DNA of 64,000 nt, taken from the NCBI GenBank assembly GCA_964016885.1, contig OZ024750.1, forward strand, positions 40,176,001 to 40,240,000, in the 5' to 3' direction. Origin of the DNA: Eledone cirrhosa (taxonomy: Eukaryota). Made by a program: the position numbers and the translations under genes. Numbering within the stretch: position 1 is the stretch's first letter; every line of letters starts with the position of its first letter. A model generated the notes under the pieces. The model searched no databases and was not told the DNA's origin. It saw only the letters and a list, made by a program, of their open reading frames with translations. Below are positions 48,104 through 61,269 of this stretch, one piece after another.

Positions 48104-48415
48104 GCCACCACTACCATCACCATCATCCCCACCACTGCCATCACCACCACCACCACCACCACCACCTTTACTACCACTACACCACCACCACCACCACCTT
48201 TACTACCACTACAACACCACCACCACCACAACAACACCATCACCACCACCATCAGCACCACCACCTTTACAACCACCATCACCACCACTGCCATCACCAC
48301 CACCACCACCACCACAACACCACCACAACACCACCACAACACCCTTTACTACTACCACCACCACCACCAACACCATCACCACCACCACCACCTTTACAAC
48401 CACCATCACCACCAC
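48104..48415. repeat. (CAC)n trinucleotide microsatellite
   Basis: Direct inspection; source of the poly-His/Thr/Pro ORFs. Confidence 0.95.
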
Positions 48416-49649
48416 CCCTCTCCGTCATCCCGGGTGGGTTACTAGGGTACCCACCCGACAGTAACCTTTTTCATTGTTGACTGATTTTGGCGAATATTAA
48501 ACAAAAGTTCTACAATGAGGAAAATATTAAAAAAGGCTGAAAACAAAATTAAGAAATAAAAAAAAAGAAGGGGGAGGGGTAAATAAGGGTAGATCTGGCT
48601 GTAGAAGAAAGTATGGGAAAGAACTATAAATGACAGGAACAGGAAGGGAAAAAGCAAGGGCTAGTAGGCAACAGAAGAAAGGGGAAGGAGAGAGGGTGAC
48701 AGATTCTACCCCTTGGTCAGAGCGGTGTTTCGGCTGCGCCCAACGGACAAAAATGCAAAGGCATGCAAAGGCATTTTTTCGTGGTCAAAGGTCAAAGATA
48801 CCCGTTGCAACAAACCCGCCACCTCGCGGGCTGTTGTTCTGATTTTGAGGAGGAGGTCGGCTGTACGGGGTCCGGGCCGTCGAGGCCTCAGGCGACCGAA
48901 CAAGCCCCGTTATTTGTTTGTCTTCCTGTCCTCTGTATTGCGGGCCACGGCACCGGGGTTTGTGATCAATGTAAAAAAAATTAGAAGAAAAAGATGTTTA
49001 TGTTTTAAATATCGAAGATGATAATCACGCAGAATCGAAACTTGTTGAGTTTAGGGCTGAACGGAGAAGAGTGAATATGAAAAAGAAATTTAATAGAATC
49101 ATACATAATCTTAACTGTTTTAACCCTTTAGCATTTAAACCGGCCATAGCTGGTCAGAATTCTCTCACCTCTTTCTGTTTAAACTAGCCATATCCGGCCA
49201 GAATTTTCTCACCTCTTTCTGTTCAAGCTGACCATATCCGGTTAGAATACTCTTACTTCTTTCTGTTCAAACCGGCTGTAACCAACTGTGTATACCAACG
49301 TTAACGTATTGTTCTCAAAATAAACAATGTTATCATCAAAATCTCGTAAATTCGAAATTATGTGAGATAAAGCTTTTACCGCAAAAATACAATAGTAAAT
49401 ATAGAATAATTGTTTCTACTTTAGGCACAAGGCCAGCAACTACCCAGTGCATTACTGGTACTTTATTTTATCGACCCCGTAAGGATGAAAGGCAAAGTCA
49501 ACCTCGGCGAGGTAAGTCACGTGGTGTACTTGTTCCGAAACTCCGCCAATTCTAAAACATGATTTATTGATTATTTATTTGTTTATATATATCAGACCTG
49601 TCAACTCTCCTCGTCGGTCGAGATCCCCCACCCACAGGTCAGCTGGTGG

Positions 49650-49860
49650 CCTAAAATGGCCCATTAACGTGCATAATGACTCTCACGAGGCCGATAATGT
49701 TATAACGAGAGCGTTCCATGCTTGCCATATCTGTACAAAACCCTGTAAGTCACTTGCAGGCCTGAAAAGCTGTATCTGTTCACAAAACCGACGGTAATGC
49801 TGCCGGCCTGTTTGCTTGTCTCAACATTTTCTGTTGGCCCTTGTTGTGTGTGACCGATTG
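49650..49860 (+). mobile_element. RTE/BovB-like LINE 3' end (terminal zinc finger)
   Basis: HACHICTKPCKSLAGLKSC..S resembles the C..C.R.C.S..GL.SH C-terminus of RTE ORFs. Confidence 0.5.
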
Positions 49861-50237
49861 CAGACTTGTCAACTCTCCCCGTCGGGTGGATGAGATATGT
49901 CTTCTCTTGTGGAAATTTGTATAGCTTTCATTATGTAAAATCTCCCTAAAATGGCGGTGGATTGGCAGTATCAGTAGAGGGTCGGACGCCATGCTTTCCA
50001 GCATAGGTACGTCCCTTTACGATCTGAGTTCAAATCCCGCCGAGGTTGACTTTGCCTTTCATCCTTACGGGGTCGATAAAATAAAGTACCAGTAATGCAC
50101 TGGGTAATTGCTTGCCTTGTGCCTAAAGTAGAAACAATTATGTAAAATTTCCCCATTTTTGCCTCATTTCTCTCCGTTTTGGGGCCCTTTTTTTCATGGA
50201 ACTCCCCTATTGGGTTTTTTAGCGGTTGGCAGGTCTG
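49861..50237. mobile_element. hAT-type MITE interrupted by a SINE (49953-50140 +)
   Basis: TIRs cagacttgtcaac / gttggcaggtctg. The SINE is flanked by duplicated ttatgtaaaat(c/t)tccc. An uninterrupted copy lies at 63343-63536. Confidence 0.85.
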
Positions 50238-50604
50238 TATTTATTATGCTATCACTTTTACCAGATATAATTGTTTCTACTTTTGGCACAAGGCCAACAA
50301 TTATTCCAGTGTATTACTGGTACTTTATTACACTTTTACCAGATATAATGTTTTAGTCACTGTATGTCCAAATATCTAGTCTGGTCTATATTTAAATCAA
50401 ATGTTCTAAGGTAAAACATTTCATTTCACGTTGTTCCAGCTCACTCAACTAAAAATGATTACCAGCAATAACTGGGAAATTAATCCTGCGATGGACCAGC
50501 GTCCTATCCGTGGGGTGGGGGGACATGTACTCGCAATGGGGTTTTCGTGCATTTCATCATTTATTCTTGGTAAACATCTCTAGAATATAAACATACATAA
50601 CCAC

Positions 50605-50639
<35 letters not shown>

Positions 50640-50905
50640 ATCATTATCATCATCATCATCATCATCATCATCTTCTTCCCCGCCCCCCTCTTCGTTATTC
50701 TTCTTTGCCCATTTATTCCTAGGAGGGTTGTGTGGGGGGAAGAGTCCTCAAACACTCCTTCCCGCAGGGGCCCTATCAATAGCAACCATCTGCAACTGAT
50801 CCGGCTGGATCTCCAAGCGAGACCAACCGAGCTGATGGATGTTATCCAACTATCTTGCCCTAGGTCTACCCTTGAGTCTCCAGCCGGTTGGTTTTTACCC
50901 GTAAA
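50640..50905 (-). mobile_element. RTE LINE 3' end with (TGA)n tail
   Basis: Minus strand KGRPRAR*LDNIHQLGWSRLEIQPDQLQMVAIDR, then (gat)n. Confidence 0.7.
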
Positions 50906-51395
50906 ACATTAGAAAAGGGGATTGATAAGTTGTAATGGGAATAATTTAAGATATAGTCAAGCAATTGTGCTTTACATGAAAGGGGTGTTACGTTACCCGA
51001 TATGTGAAATCAGGTTAACTAGATATGCCTCTAACTAATCACCTTATTTAACAGTTCTATATTTCTATATGATTGTCATTCAAGTTCCCGTCACTATAAA
51101 TTGTATTGAATGCTTTTCTCATAAATATCAACCTTTTCATGTTTTTACGTTTCTTTAATAATTTTAGGAACAATTTTATTATCTAACGAGGCATAATTAG
51201 CTAAATCATAGGACGTCCCTTATTTTAGTATAAACCTATAATCTATTTATTCCCGGGATGTAGGGCCATGTTGGTTAACTCCCTGTCACAATATTCTTCT
51301 TCTTCTTCTTCTTCTTCTTCTTCTTCTTCTTCTTCTTCTTCTTCTTCTTCTACCATCCACAGAGACCTTTCTTTGTCAACATAATTTCATAATTT

Positions 51396-51690
51396 TCAAA
51401 AGTCAAAGCCATCATCCCTTCCATAACATATTCTGACAGCCGAAGACTTGTGAGTAACCCCACTCCCGCCTCTGGGGATGGTGCCAGAAATGACTCCATC
51501 CAAATCTACGGTAACAGAGCCACGGAACCTTGTTGAGGAAACCCTGACTATATTTAGACGGTAGCATCTGGTCTCCTCCACTAGTCCCTGCTCCTGACCT
51601 GTAAGGGTTGTAGCGTTCCAATTGCCAATTGTCAAGGTTTGTTCACTTCTCGACCCTCTTTGGGATCTCACGATGCATCCATCCCATGCT
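51396..51690 (-). mobile_element. RTE LINE 5' fragment (APE endonuclease N-terminus)
   Basis: LTIGNWNATTLTGQEQGLVEETRCYRLNIVRVSSTRFRGSVT matches the APE domain I/II pattern (GTWNV..L.GKE.ELV.E..RY.LDIVG..ST). Confidence 0.8.
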
Positions 51691-51959
51691 TCCCAAGACA
51701 GGTCGCAAGCCCATCGCCGTTAGTAAATTTGATAGAGAATCTAATCTAAATAGAAGTACCAGTCGTCAGGTCAGGTCGGAAAATTCATCCTCTCGGTAAC
51801 TACTAACGACATCTCTAGGTCAAAGGTTAATTACATCCAAATTTTCAGTTTAAATACCATCGATACTTGGAGGCTTTCCTCAAGAGTAGGAAGTGAAGGT
51901 CGTGTCTTCAATGTCTGAATTGCTTCACTGCAGCCACTCGGTGCCAATTTCCACTTATT

Positions 51960-52420
51960 GAAACTGTTTCAGATCACGTGCTCAGTCAAAGATGTCCTTT
52001 CTCCTCCTCCCTTTTTGATATGTTGACTCTTGAACCGCTACTGCGGGAGCTGGTGCGAACTGGGCCGGAGTGGAGCGGTGTCGGCATCGCTTTGTGATGT
52101 CAAACACCTTGGAAATCTAGATGGAGGCAACTTCCTAAAGGAGCACGAAACGTTGATAGGAGCAACCCGGACAGGTCGGTGGGTTTGCAGCTCGTTACAT
52201 GGAGAAGCAAGTCAACAGAGTCGTGGACACGCTGGACTGGCGGGCTGGTTAAGTTTCTTGAGGTTTGGTTTGGTCAGGTCCTCCAGATGGATAGAAGCTG
52301 GGACGAGGTAACGAACAGGTTGGTCTGTCTCACTCAGAAATGGACTGAGAGGGAGTTATCCTTAGAATTACGGGAGAAGGTGGCGAAGGTGTAAATCACC
52401 TCCGTCCTATATTACCTGCT
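51960..52420 (+). mobile_element. Tx1/L1-clade LINE RT fragment (decayed)
   Basis: LTLEPLLREL and WTGGLVKFLEVWFG..LQMDRSWDEV......KWTERELSL correspond to K.LGV.F and W..R.LS..GR of L1/Tx1 RTs. Confidence 0.75.
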
Positions 52421-52699
52421 CGTTATATTTTGCCGCAGTTCTTGACTCACCAGATTGGAGTGCCTGAATCTTCACTTCTTGTGGAAGAGGCATGCTTCCT
52501 CTATATGGAGTGGCCGGTTTACCGTGATTATTGTTGCTCAAGTATGCTCTAAGATTACGGCATTTGCAAACATTCTTACACGGTGAACAGGTGTGGTCGC
52601 CTTTTATTAGACGTGTCATTCTACAAGCTCGTCTGTATGACTGAGTTGCAGTCTTGGGTCAAACAAAGGCTGGGCATCTAGAATGCTGTATGTTGTCAA

Positions 52700-53927
52700 T
52701 CTTGTAACAGCTCAACCTGTGTGGTTCAATCTTTTTGTGGGTCAACCAGTGTGGTTCAATTTCGTGACGGATCAACCTATATGGTCCAATGTCCTCTATA
52801 TGTCTTGTTGTGGCTCAACTAATGTGGTTCAATATTGTGACATCTCAACAAGTCTGGTTCAATCTTGTGACATCTCAACTGGTGTGGTTCAATATTGTGA
52901 CATCTCAACCAGTCTGGTTCAATATTGTGACATCTCAACTAGTCTGGTTCAATCTTATGACATCTCAACTGGTGTGGTTCAATATTGTGACATCTCTACT
53001 GGTCTGGTTCAATATTGTGACATCTCAACCAGTGTGGTTCAATTTCGTGACGGATCAACCAATATGGTCCAATGTCCTCTATATGTCTTGTTGTGGCTCA
53101 ACTAATGTGGTTCAATATTGTGACATCTCAACCAGCCTGGTTCAATCTTGTGACATCTCAACTGGTGTGGTTCAATCTTGTGACATCTCAACTGGTGTAA
53201 TTCAATATTGTGACATCTCAACCAGTCTGGTTCAATATTGTGACATCTCAACTGGTGTGGTTCAATATTGTGACATCTCAACCAGTCTGGTTCAATATTG
53301 TGACATCTCAACTGGTGTGGTTCAATATTGTGACATCTCAACCAGTCTGGTTCAATATTGTGACATCTCTACTGGTGTGGTTCAATCTTGTGACATCTCA
53401 ACCAGTCTGGTTCAATATTGTGACATCTCAACTGGTGTAATTCAATATTGTGACATCTCAACCAGTCTGGTTCAATATTGTGACATCTCAAATGGTGTAA
53501 TTCAATATTGTGACATCTCAACCAGTCTGGTTCAATATTGTGACATCTCAACTGGTGTGGTTCAATATTGTGACATCTCAACCAGTCTGGTTCAATATTG
53601 TGACATCTCAACTGGTGTGGTTCAATATTGTGACATCTCAACCAGTCTGGTTCAATATTGTGACATCTCAACTGGTGTGGTTCAATATTGTGACATCTCA
53701 ACCAGTCTGGTTCAATATTGTGACATCTCAACTGGTGTGGTTCAATATTGTGACATCTCAACCAGTCTGGTTCAATATTGTGACATCTCAACTGGTGTGG
53801 TTCAATATTGTGACATCTCAACCAGTCTGGTTCAATATTGTGACATCTCTACTGGTGTGGTTCAATATTGTGACATCTCAACCAGTCTGGTTCAATATTG
53901 TGACATCTCTACTGGTCTGGTCCAATA
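52700..53927. repeat. 30 bp minisatellite with a 60 bp dimeric higher-order repeat, ~40 units
   Basis: Alternating accagtctggttcaatattgtgacatctca / actggtgtggttcaatattgtgacatctca. Confidence 0.97.
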
Positions 53928-54039
53928 CTCCCTGAATATCTTGTGGTGACCACAGCCTTCTACCAGTTTTATGATGGCCAATAGTGGAGAGGAGTGACGA
54001 CGTTCCTGAGAAAACTTTAGACGTCGATAGGTATACGAA

Positions 54040-57000
54040 TTATCCTGTGTGGGTTCATGTAGTTATCACTCTGTGGGTACATGTAGTTATCACTCTGTGG
54101 GTTCATGTAGTTATCACTCTGTGGGTACATGTAGTTATCACTCTGTGGGTACATGTAGTTATCCTCTGTGGGTTCATGTAGTTATCCTGTGTGGGTACAT
54201 GTAGATATCACTCTGTGGGTTCATGTAGTTATCCTGTGTGGGTTCATGTAGTTATCACTCTGGGTTCATGTAGTTATCACTCTGTGGGTTCATGTAGTTA
54301 TCCAGTGTGGGTACATGTAGATATCACTATGTGGGTACATGTAGTTATCCTGTGTGGGTTCATGTAGTTATCACTCTGGGTTCATGTAGTTATCACTCTG
54401 TGGGTTCATGTAGTTATCACTCTGTGGGTTCATGTAGTTATCACTCTGTGGGTTCATGTAGTTATCCAGTGTGGGTTCATGTAGTTATCACTGTGGGTTC
54501 ATGTAGTTATCACTATGGGTTCATGTAGTTATCACTCTGTGGGTTCATGTAGTTATCACTCTGTGGGTTCATGTAGTTATCACTCTGTGGGTTCATGTAG
54601 TTATCACTCTGGGGGTTCATGTAGTTATCACTCTGGGTTCATGTAGTTATCACTCTGGGTTCATGTAGTTATCACTCTGTGGGTTCATGTAGTTATCACT
54701 CTGGGTTCATGTAGTTATCACTCTGGGTTCATGTAGTTATCACTCTGGGTTCATGTAGATATCACTCTGTGGGTTCATGTAGATATCACTCTGTGGGTTC
54801 ATGTAGTTATCACTCTGGGTTCATGTAGTTATCACTCTGTGGGTACATGTAGTTATCCTGTGTGAGTACATGTAGTTATCACTCTGTGGGTACATGTAGT
54901 TATCCTGTGTGAGTACATGTAGTTATCACTCTGGGTTCATGTAGTTATCACTCTGGGTTCATGTAGTTATCACTCTGTGGGTTCATGTAGTTATCACTCT
55001 GTGGGTTCATGTAGTTATCACTCTGGGTTCATGTAGATATCACTCTGTGGGTTCATGTAGTTATCACTCTGGGTTCATGTAGTTATCACTCTGGGTTCAT
55101 GTAGTTATCACTCTGTGGGTTCATGTAGTTATCCTGTGTGGGTACATGTAGTTATCACTCTGTGGGTTCATGTAGTTATCACTCTGGGGGCTCATGTAGT
55201 TATCCTGTGTGGGTACATGTAGTTATCACTCTGTGGGTTCATGTAGTTATCACTCTGGGGGCTCATGTAGTTATCACTCTGGGTTCATGTAGTTATCACT
55301 CTGGGTTCATGTAGATATCACTCTGTGGGTTCATGTAGATATCACTCTGTGGGTTCATGTAGTTATCACTCTGGGTTCATGTAGTTATCACTCTGGGTTC
55401 ATGTAGTTATCACTCTGTGGGTACATGTAGTTATCCTGTGTGAGTACATGTAGTTATCACTCTGTGGGTACATGTAGTTATCCTGTGTGAGTACATGTAG
55501 TTATCACTCTGGGTTCATGTAGTTATCACTCTGGGTTCATGTAGTTATCACTCTGTGGGTTCATGTAGTTATCCTGTGTGGGTACATGTAGTTATCACTC
55601 TGTGGGTTTATGTAGTTATCACTCTGGGGGCTCATGTAGTTATCCTGTGTGGGTACATGTAGTTATCACTCTGTGGGTTTATGTAGTTATCACTCTGGGG
55701 GCTCATGTAGTTATCCTGTGTGGGTACATGTAGTTATCACTCTGTGGGTTCATGTAGTTATCACTCTGGGGCCTCATGTAGTTATCACTCTGGGTTCATG
55801 TAGTTATCACTCTGGGGGTTCATGTAGTTATCACTCTGGGTTCATGTAGTTATCACTCTGGGTTCATGTAGTTATCACTCTGTGGGTTCATGTAGTTATC
55901 ACTCTGTGGGTTCATGTAGTTATCACTCTGGGTTCATGTAGATATCACTCTGTGGGTTCATGTAGATATCACTCTCGGTTCATGTAGTTATCACTCTGGG
56001 TTCATGTAGTTATCACTCTGTGGGTTCATGTAGATATCACTCTGTGGGTTCATGTAGTTATCCTGTGTGGGTACATGTAGTTATCACTCTGTGGGTTCAT
56101 GTAGTTATCACTCTGGGGGCTCATGTAGTTATCCTGTGTGGGTACATGTAGTTATCACTCTGTGGGTTCATGTAGTTATCACTCTGTGGGTTCATGTAGT
56201 CATCACTCTGGGGGCTCATGTAGTTATCACTCTGGGTTCATGTAGTTATCACTCTGTGGGTTCATGTAGTTATCACTCTGTGGGTTCATGTAGTTATCCT
56301 GTGTGGGTACATGTAGTTATCACTCTGGGGGTTCATGTAGTTATCACTCTCGGTTCATGTAGTTATCACTCTGGGTTCATGTAGTTATCACTCTGGGTTC
56401 ATGTAGTTATCACTCTGGGTTCATGTAGTTATCACTCTCGGTTCATGTAGTTATCACTCTGGGGGTTCATGTAGTTATCACTCTCGGTTCATGTAGTTAT
56501 CACTCTGGGTTCATGTAGTTATCACTCTGGGTTCATGTAGTTATCACTCTGGGTTCATGTAGTTATCACTCTCGGTTCATGTAGTTATCACTCTGGGTTC
56601 ATGTAGTTATCACTCTCGGTTCATGTAGTTATCACTCTGGGGGTTCATGTAGTTATCACTCTCGGTTCATGTAGTTATCACTCTGGGTTCATGTAGTTAT
56701 CACTCTCGGTTCATGTAGTTATCACTCTGGGGGTTCATGTAGTTATCACTCTCGGTTCATGTAGTTATCACTCTGGGTTCATGTAGTTATCACTCTGGGT
56801 TCATGTAGTTATCACTCTGGGTTCATGTAGTTATCACTCTCGGTTCATGTAGTTATCACTCTGGGGGTTCATGTAGTTATCACTCTCGGTTCATGTAGTT
56901 ATCACTCTGGGTTCATGTAGTTATCACTCTGGGTTCATGTAGTTATCACTCTGGGTTCATGTAGTTATCACTCTCGGTTCATGTAGTTATCACTCTGGGT

Positions 57001-59581
57001 TCATGTAGTTATCACTCTGGGTTCATGTAGTTATCACTCTCGGTTCATGTAGTTATCACTCTGGGGGTTCATGTAGTTATCACTCTCGGTTCATGTAGTT
57101 ATCACTCTGGGTTCATGTAGTTATCACTCTGGGTTCATGTAGTTATCACTCTCGGTTCATGTAGTTATCACTCTGTGGGTTCATGTAGTTATCACTCTCG
57201 GTTCATGTAGTTATCACTCTCGGTTCATGTAGTTATCACTCTCGGTTCATGTAGTTATCACTCTCGGTTCATGTAGTTATCACTCTGGGTTCATGTAGTT
57301 ATCACTCTGGGGGTTCATGTAGTTATCACTCTCGGTTCATGTAGTTATCACTCTGGGTTCATGTAGTTATCACTCTCGGTTCATGTAGTTATCACTCTGG
57401 GTTCATGTAGTTATCACTCTGGGTTCATGTAGTTATCACTCTGGGTTCATGTAGTTATCACTCTGGGTTCATGTAGTTATCACTCTGGGTTCATGTAGTT
57501 ATCACTCTCGGTTCATGTAGTTATCACTCTCGGTTCATGTAGTTATCACTCTCGGTTCATGTAGTTATCACTCTGGGTTCATGTAGTTATCACTCTCGGT
57601 TCATGTAGTTATCACTCTGGGTTCATGTAGTTATCACTCTGGGTTCATGTAGTTATCACTCTGGGTTCATGTAGTTATCACTCTCGGTTCATGTAGTTAT
57701 CACTCTCGGTTCATGTAGTTATCACTCTCGGTTCATGTAGTTATCACTCTGGGTTCATGTAGTTATCACTCTCGGTTCATGTAGTTATCACTCTGGGTTC
57801 ATGTAGTTATCACTCTGGGTTCATGTAGTTATCACTCTGGGTTCATGTAGTTATCACTCTCGGTTCATGTAGTTATCACTCTCGGTTCATGTAGTTATCA
57901 CTCTGGGTTCATGTAGTTATCACTCTGGGTTCATGTAGTTATCACTCTCGGTTCATGTAGTTATCACTCTGGGTTCATGTAGTTATCACTCTCGGTTCAT
58001 GTAGTTATCACTCTCGGTTCATGTAGTTATCACTCTCGGTTCATGTAGTTATCACTCTGGGTTCATGTAGTTATCACTCTGGGTTCATGTAGTTATCACT
58101 CTGGGTTCATGTAGTTATCACTCTGGGTTCATGTAGTTATCACTCTGGGTTCATGTAGTTATCACTCTCGGTTCATGTAGTTATCACTCTCGGTTCATGT
58201 AGTTATCACTCTCGGTTCATGTAGTTATCACTCTGGGTTCATGTAGTTATCACTCTCGGTTCATGTAGTTCTCACTCTGGGTTCATGTAGTTATCACTCT
58301 GGGTTCATGTAGTTATCACTCTCGGTTCATGTAGTTATCACTCTCGGTTCATGTAGTTATCACTCTGGGTTCATGTAGTTATCACTCTGGGTACATGTAG
58401 TTATCACTCTGGGTTCATGTAGTTATCACTCTCGGTTCATGTAGTTCTCACTCTGGGTTCATGTAGTTCTCACTCTGGGTTCATGTAGTTATCACTCTCG
58501 GTTCATGTAGTTCTCACTCTGGGTTCATGTAGTTATCACTCTCGGTTCATGTAGTTATCACTCTCGGTTCATGTAGTTATCACTCTCGGTTCATGTAGTT
58601 ATCACTCTCGGTTCATGTAGTTCTCACTCTGGGTTCATGTAGTTATCACTCTGGGTTCATGTAGTTATCACTCTGGGTTCATGTAGTTATCACTCTGGGT
58701 TCATGTAGTTATCACTCTGGGTTCATGTAGTTATCACTCTGGGTTCATGTAGTTATCACTCTGGGTTCATGTAGTTATCACTCTCGGTTCATGTAGTTAT
58801 CACTCTGTGGGTTCATGTAGTTATCACTCTGTGGGTTCATGTAGTTATCACTCTGGGTTCATGTAGTTATCACTCTCGGTTCATGTAGTTATCACTCTGG
58901 GTTCATGTAGTTATCACTCTCGGTTCATGTAGTTCTCACTCTGGGTTCATGTAGTTCTCACTCTGGGTTCATGTAGTTATCACTCTCGGTTCATGTAGTT
59001 CTCACTCTGGGTTCATGTAGTTATCACTCTCGGTTCATGTAGTTATCACTCTCGGTTCATGTAGTTATCACTCTCGGTTCATGTAGTTATCACTCTCGGT
59101 TCATGTAGTTCTCACTCTGGGTTCATGTAGTTATCACTCTGGGTTCATGTAGTTATCACTCTGGGTTCATGTAGTTATCACTCTGGGTTCATGTAGTTAT
59201 CACTCTGGGTTCATGTAGTTATCACTCTGGGTTCATGTAGTTATCACTCTGGGTTCATGTAGTTATCACTCTCGGTTCATGTAGTTATCACTCTGTGGGT
59301 TCATGTAGTTATCACTCTGTGGGTTCATGTAGTTATCACTCTGGGTTCATGTAGTTATCACTCTCGGTTCATGTAGTTATCACTCTGGGTTCATGTAGTT
59401 ATCACTCTCGGTTCATGTAGTTCTCACTCTGGGTTCATGTAGTTATCACTCTCGGTTCATGTAGTTATCACTCTCGGTTCATGTAGTTATCACTCTGGGT
59501 TCATGTAGTTATCACTCTGGGTTCATGTAGTTATCACTCTGGGTTCATGTAGTTATCACTCTCGGTTCATGTAGTTCTCAC
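54040..59581. repeat. 5.5 kb satellite, 22-24 bp unit (g/c)ggttcatgtagttatcactct(gt)
   Basis: Direct tandem array of roughly 245 units. Confidence 0.98.
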
Positions 59582-59632
59582 CCTGACCAACGGCTAATAA
59601 TTCAGTATTATATAATTTCAAGATATTTTTAC

Positions 59633-59779
59633 ATTTCCTACACTCATGTTTCATTATATTTCCTACACTCATGTTTCATTATATTTCCTACACTCATGTT
59701 TCATTATATTTCCTACACTCATGTTTCATTATATTTCCTACACTCATGTTTCATTATATTTCCTACACTCATGTTTCAT
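59633..59779. repeat. 25 bp minisatellite, ~6 copies
   Basis: atttcctacactcatgtttcattat. Confidence 0.95.
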
Positions 59780-60659
59780 GTTATCCATCTTAAAATATGT
59801 TAGCCTCTTTTATATAATATTTTGTGAAGGCGCGTGACTTAGTGGTTAGAGAATTGGATTCCCAATCGTGAGGTTGCGAGTTCAAGTCCTTGAGCAAGAG
59901 CAAAACACTTTATTTCACGTTGCTCTTTCTGCCAGGAGTTGCAACTGGTAGATAGTATCAGCAATGGAAAAAAACCAATGGAGACATTGTTTCCTTGGTC
60001 CGATTTCACGAGGCCCACCCCACTCGGCAAGTGAGTAAGGTTTGGGATCTCGTCAATCGGTCAGAGCGATATAATATTTCTTCGTCACAAAATTTCCCAT
60101 TACTCCCCCAACACACTAAGCTGCTATTTTTGTTTTATAACAATTAATTCTACAATTTGCTGGTCTGGAAGAATAATTCAGCCGTCTTTCACATTTTAAA
60201 ACTCCTGGAAGCAAACTCCCCACATGAGTGAATCAGCTGTGTTGTTCCTTCATTACTTTCGGTAAATTGGCAGTATTGGCAGAGTGGCAGTTAATATGCT
60301 TTGTGGAATAGAGTTACGTCCCTTTACATTCTGATTTCAATTTCCGACGAAGTTAACTTTGCCTCTCGTCCTCCTTACAGGGTCGGTAAAATAAAAAACC
60401 AGTAACACACTGGGGCCGACTTGATCAAATTTCCTCCCCTCCTCCTGTATAATTGTTGTCCTTGTGTCTAAATCAGAAACCTTTGTTCTCGTGTCATGTA
60501 TATTTATTTCACATAGACTCCACATAGTCCCGTTCTCAATACGTTAACAAACATCAACAGTTTAATTTAATCTCTGAACGCTTTGGACTTCTCACTATTC
60601 TAATATTTCAGTATAAAATACAAGCTTGGTTAAGTGAAGCATACTTATATTTAAAGAAC

Positions 60660-61060
60660 ATGTCTCACATTCATTCAACTTCGGTACACCAGGGGGCGTT
60701 GGCATCAACAGACGGTGTCTAAGTGAAGGCACGTGGCCTAGTGGTTGGACTTATGATCTTAATGATGTAAGTTCGATTCCTCGACTGGTTTAAATGTCTC
60801 ACATTCATTCAACTTCGGTACACCAGGGGGCGTTGGCATCAACAGACGGTGTCTAAGTGAAGGCACGTGGCTTAGTGGTTGGACTTATGATCTTAATAAT
60901 GTAAGTTCGATTCCTCGACTGGTTTGAATGTCTCACATTCATTCAACTTCGGTACACCAGGGGGCGTTGGCATCAACAGACGGTGTCTAAGTGAAGGCAC
61001 GTGGCCTAGTGGTTGGACTTATGATCTTAATGATGTAAGTTCGATTCCTCGACTGGTTTG
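60660..61060 (+). repeat. 134 bp x3 tandem repeat, each unit with a SINE tRNA-like head (Pol III A/B boxes)
   Basis: Units start at 60660, 60794 and 60928 and carry tggcctagtgg and gttcgattcc. The third continues into the SINE body to ~61200. Confidence 0.92.
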
Positions 61061-61269
61061 TGTGTTGTGTTCCTGAGCAAAACACTTCACGTTTCTCCAG
61101 TATACTCAACTGTTTTTCTGTCCAGGGGGAAACCTTGTACTCTGAGTCGCTTAATGCCGAGGAAAGTTATATAAGAACCGGCCCTATGAGAGCCCGGGTT
61201 TCACACACGACACACTTTAGACCTTTAATCCAACATTCATTGGCTGTTTCAACCCTTAATAATAACACC

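Noticed and set aside
47972-48480. His/Thr/Pro-rich protein ORFs
   Set aside because: (CAC)n microsatellite.
48805-48840. HDV-like ribozyme (gccacctcgcggg resembles P3/L3)
   Set aside because: P3 is mismatched and there is no GG for P1.1 or a recognisable P2/J4-2. A simple hairpin explains it.
60726-60790. tRNA genes at the A/B-box sites
   Set aside because: No complete cloverleaf. The boxes run into SINE bodies.
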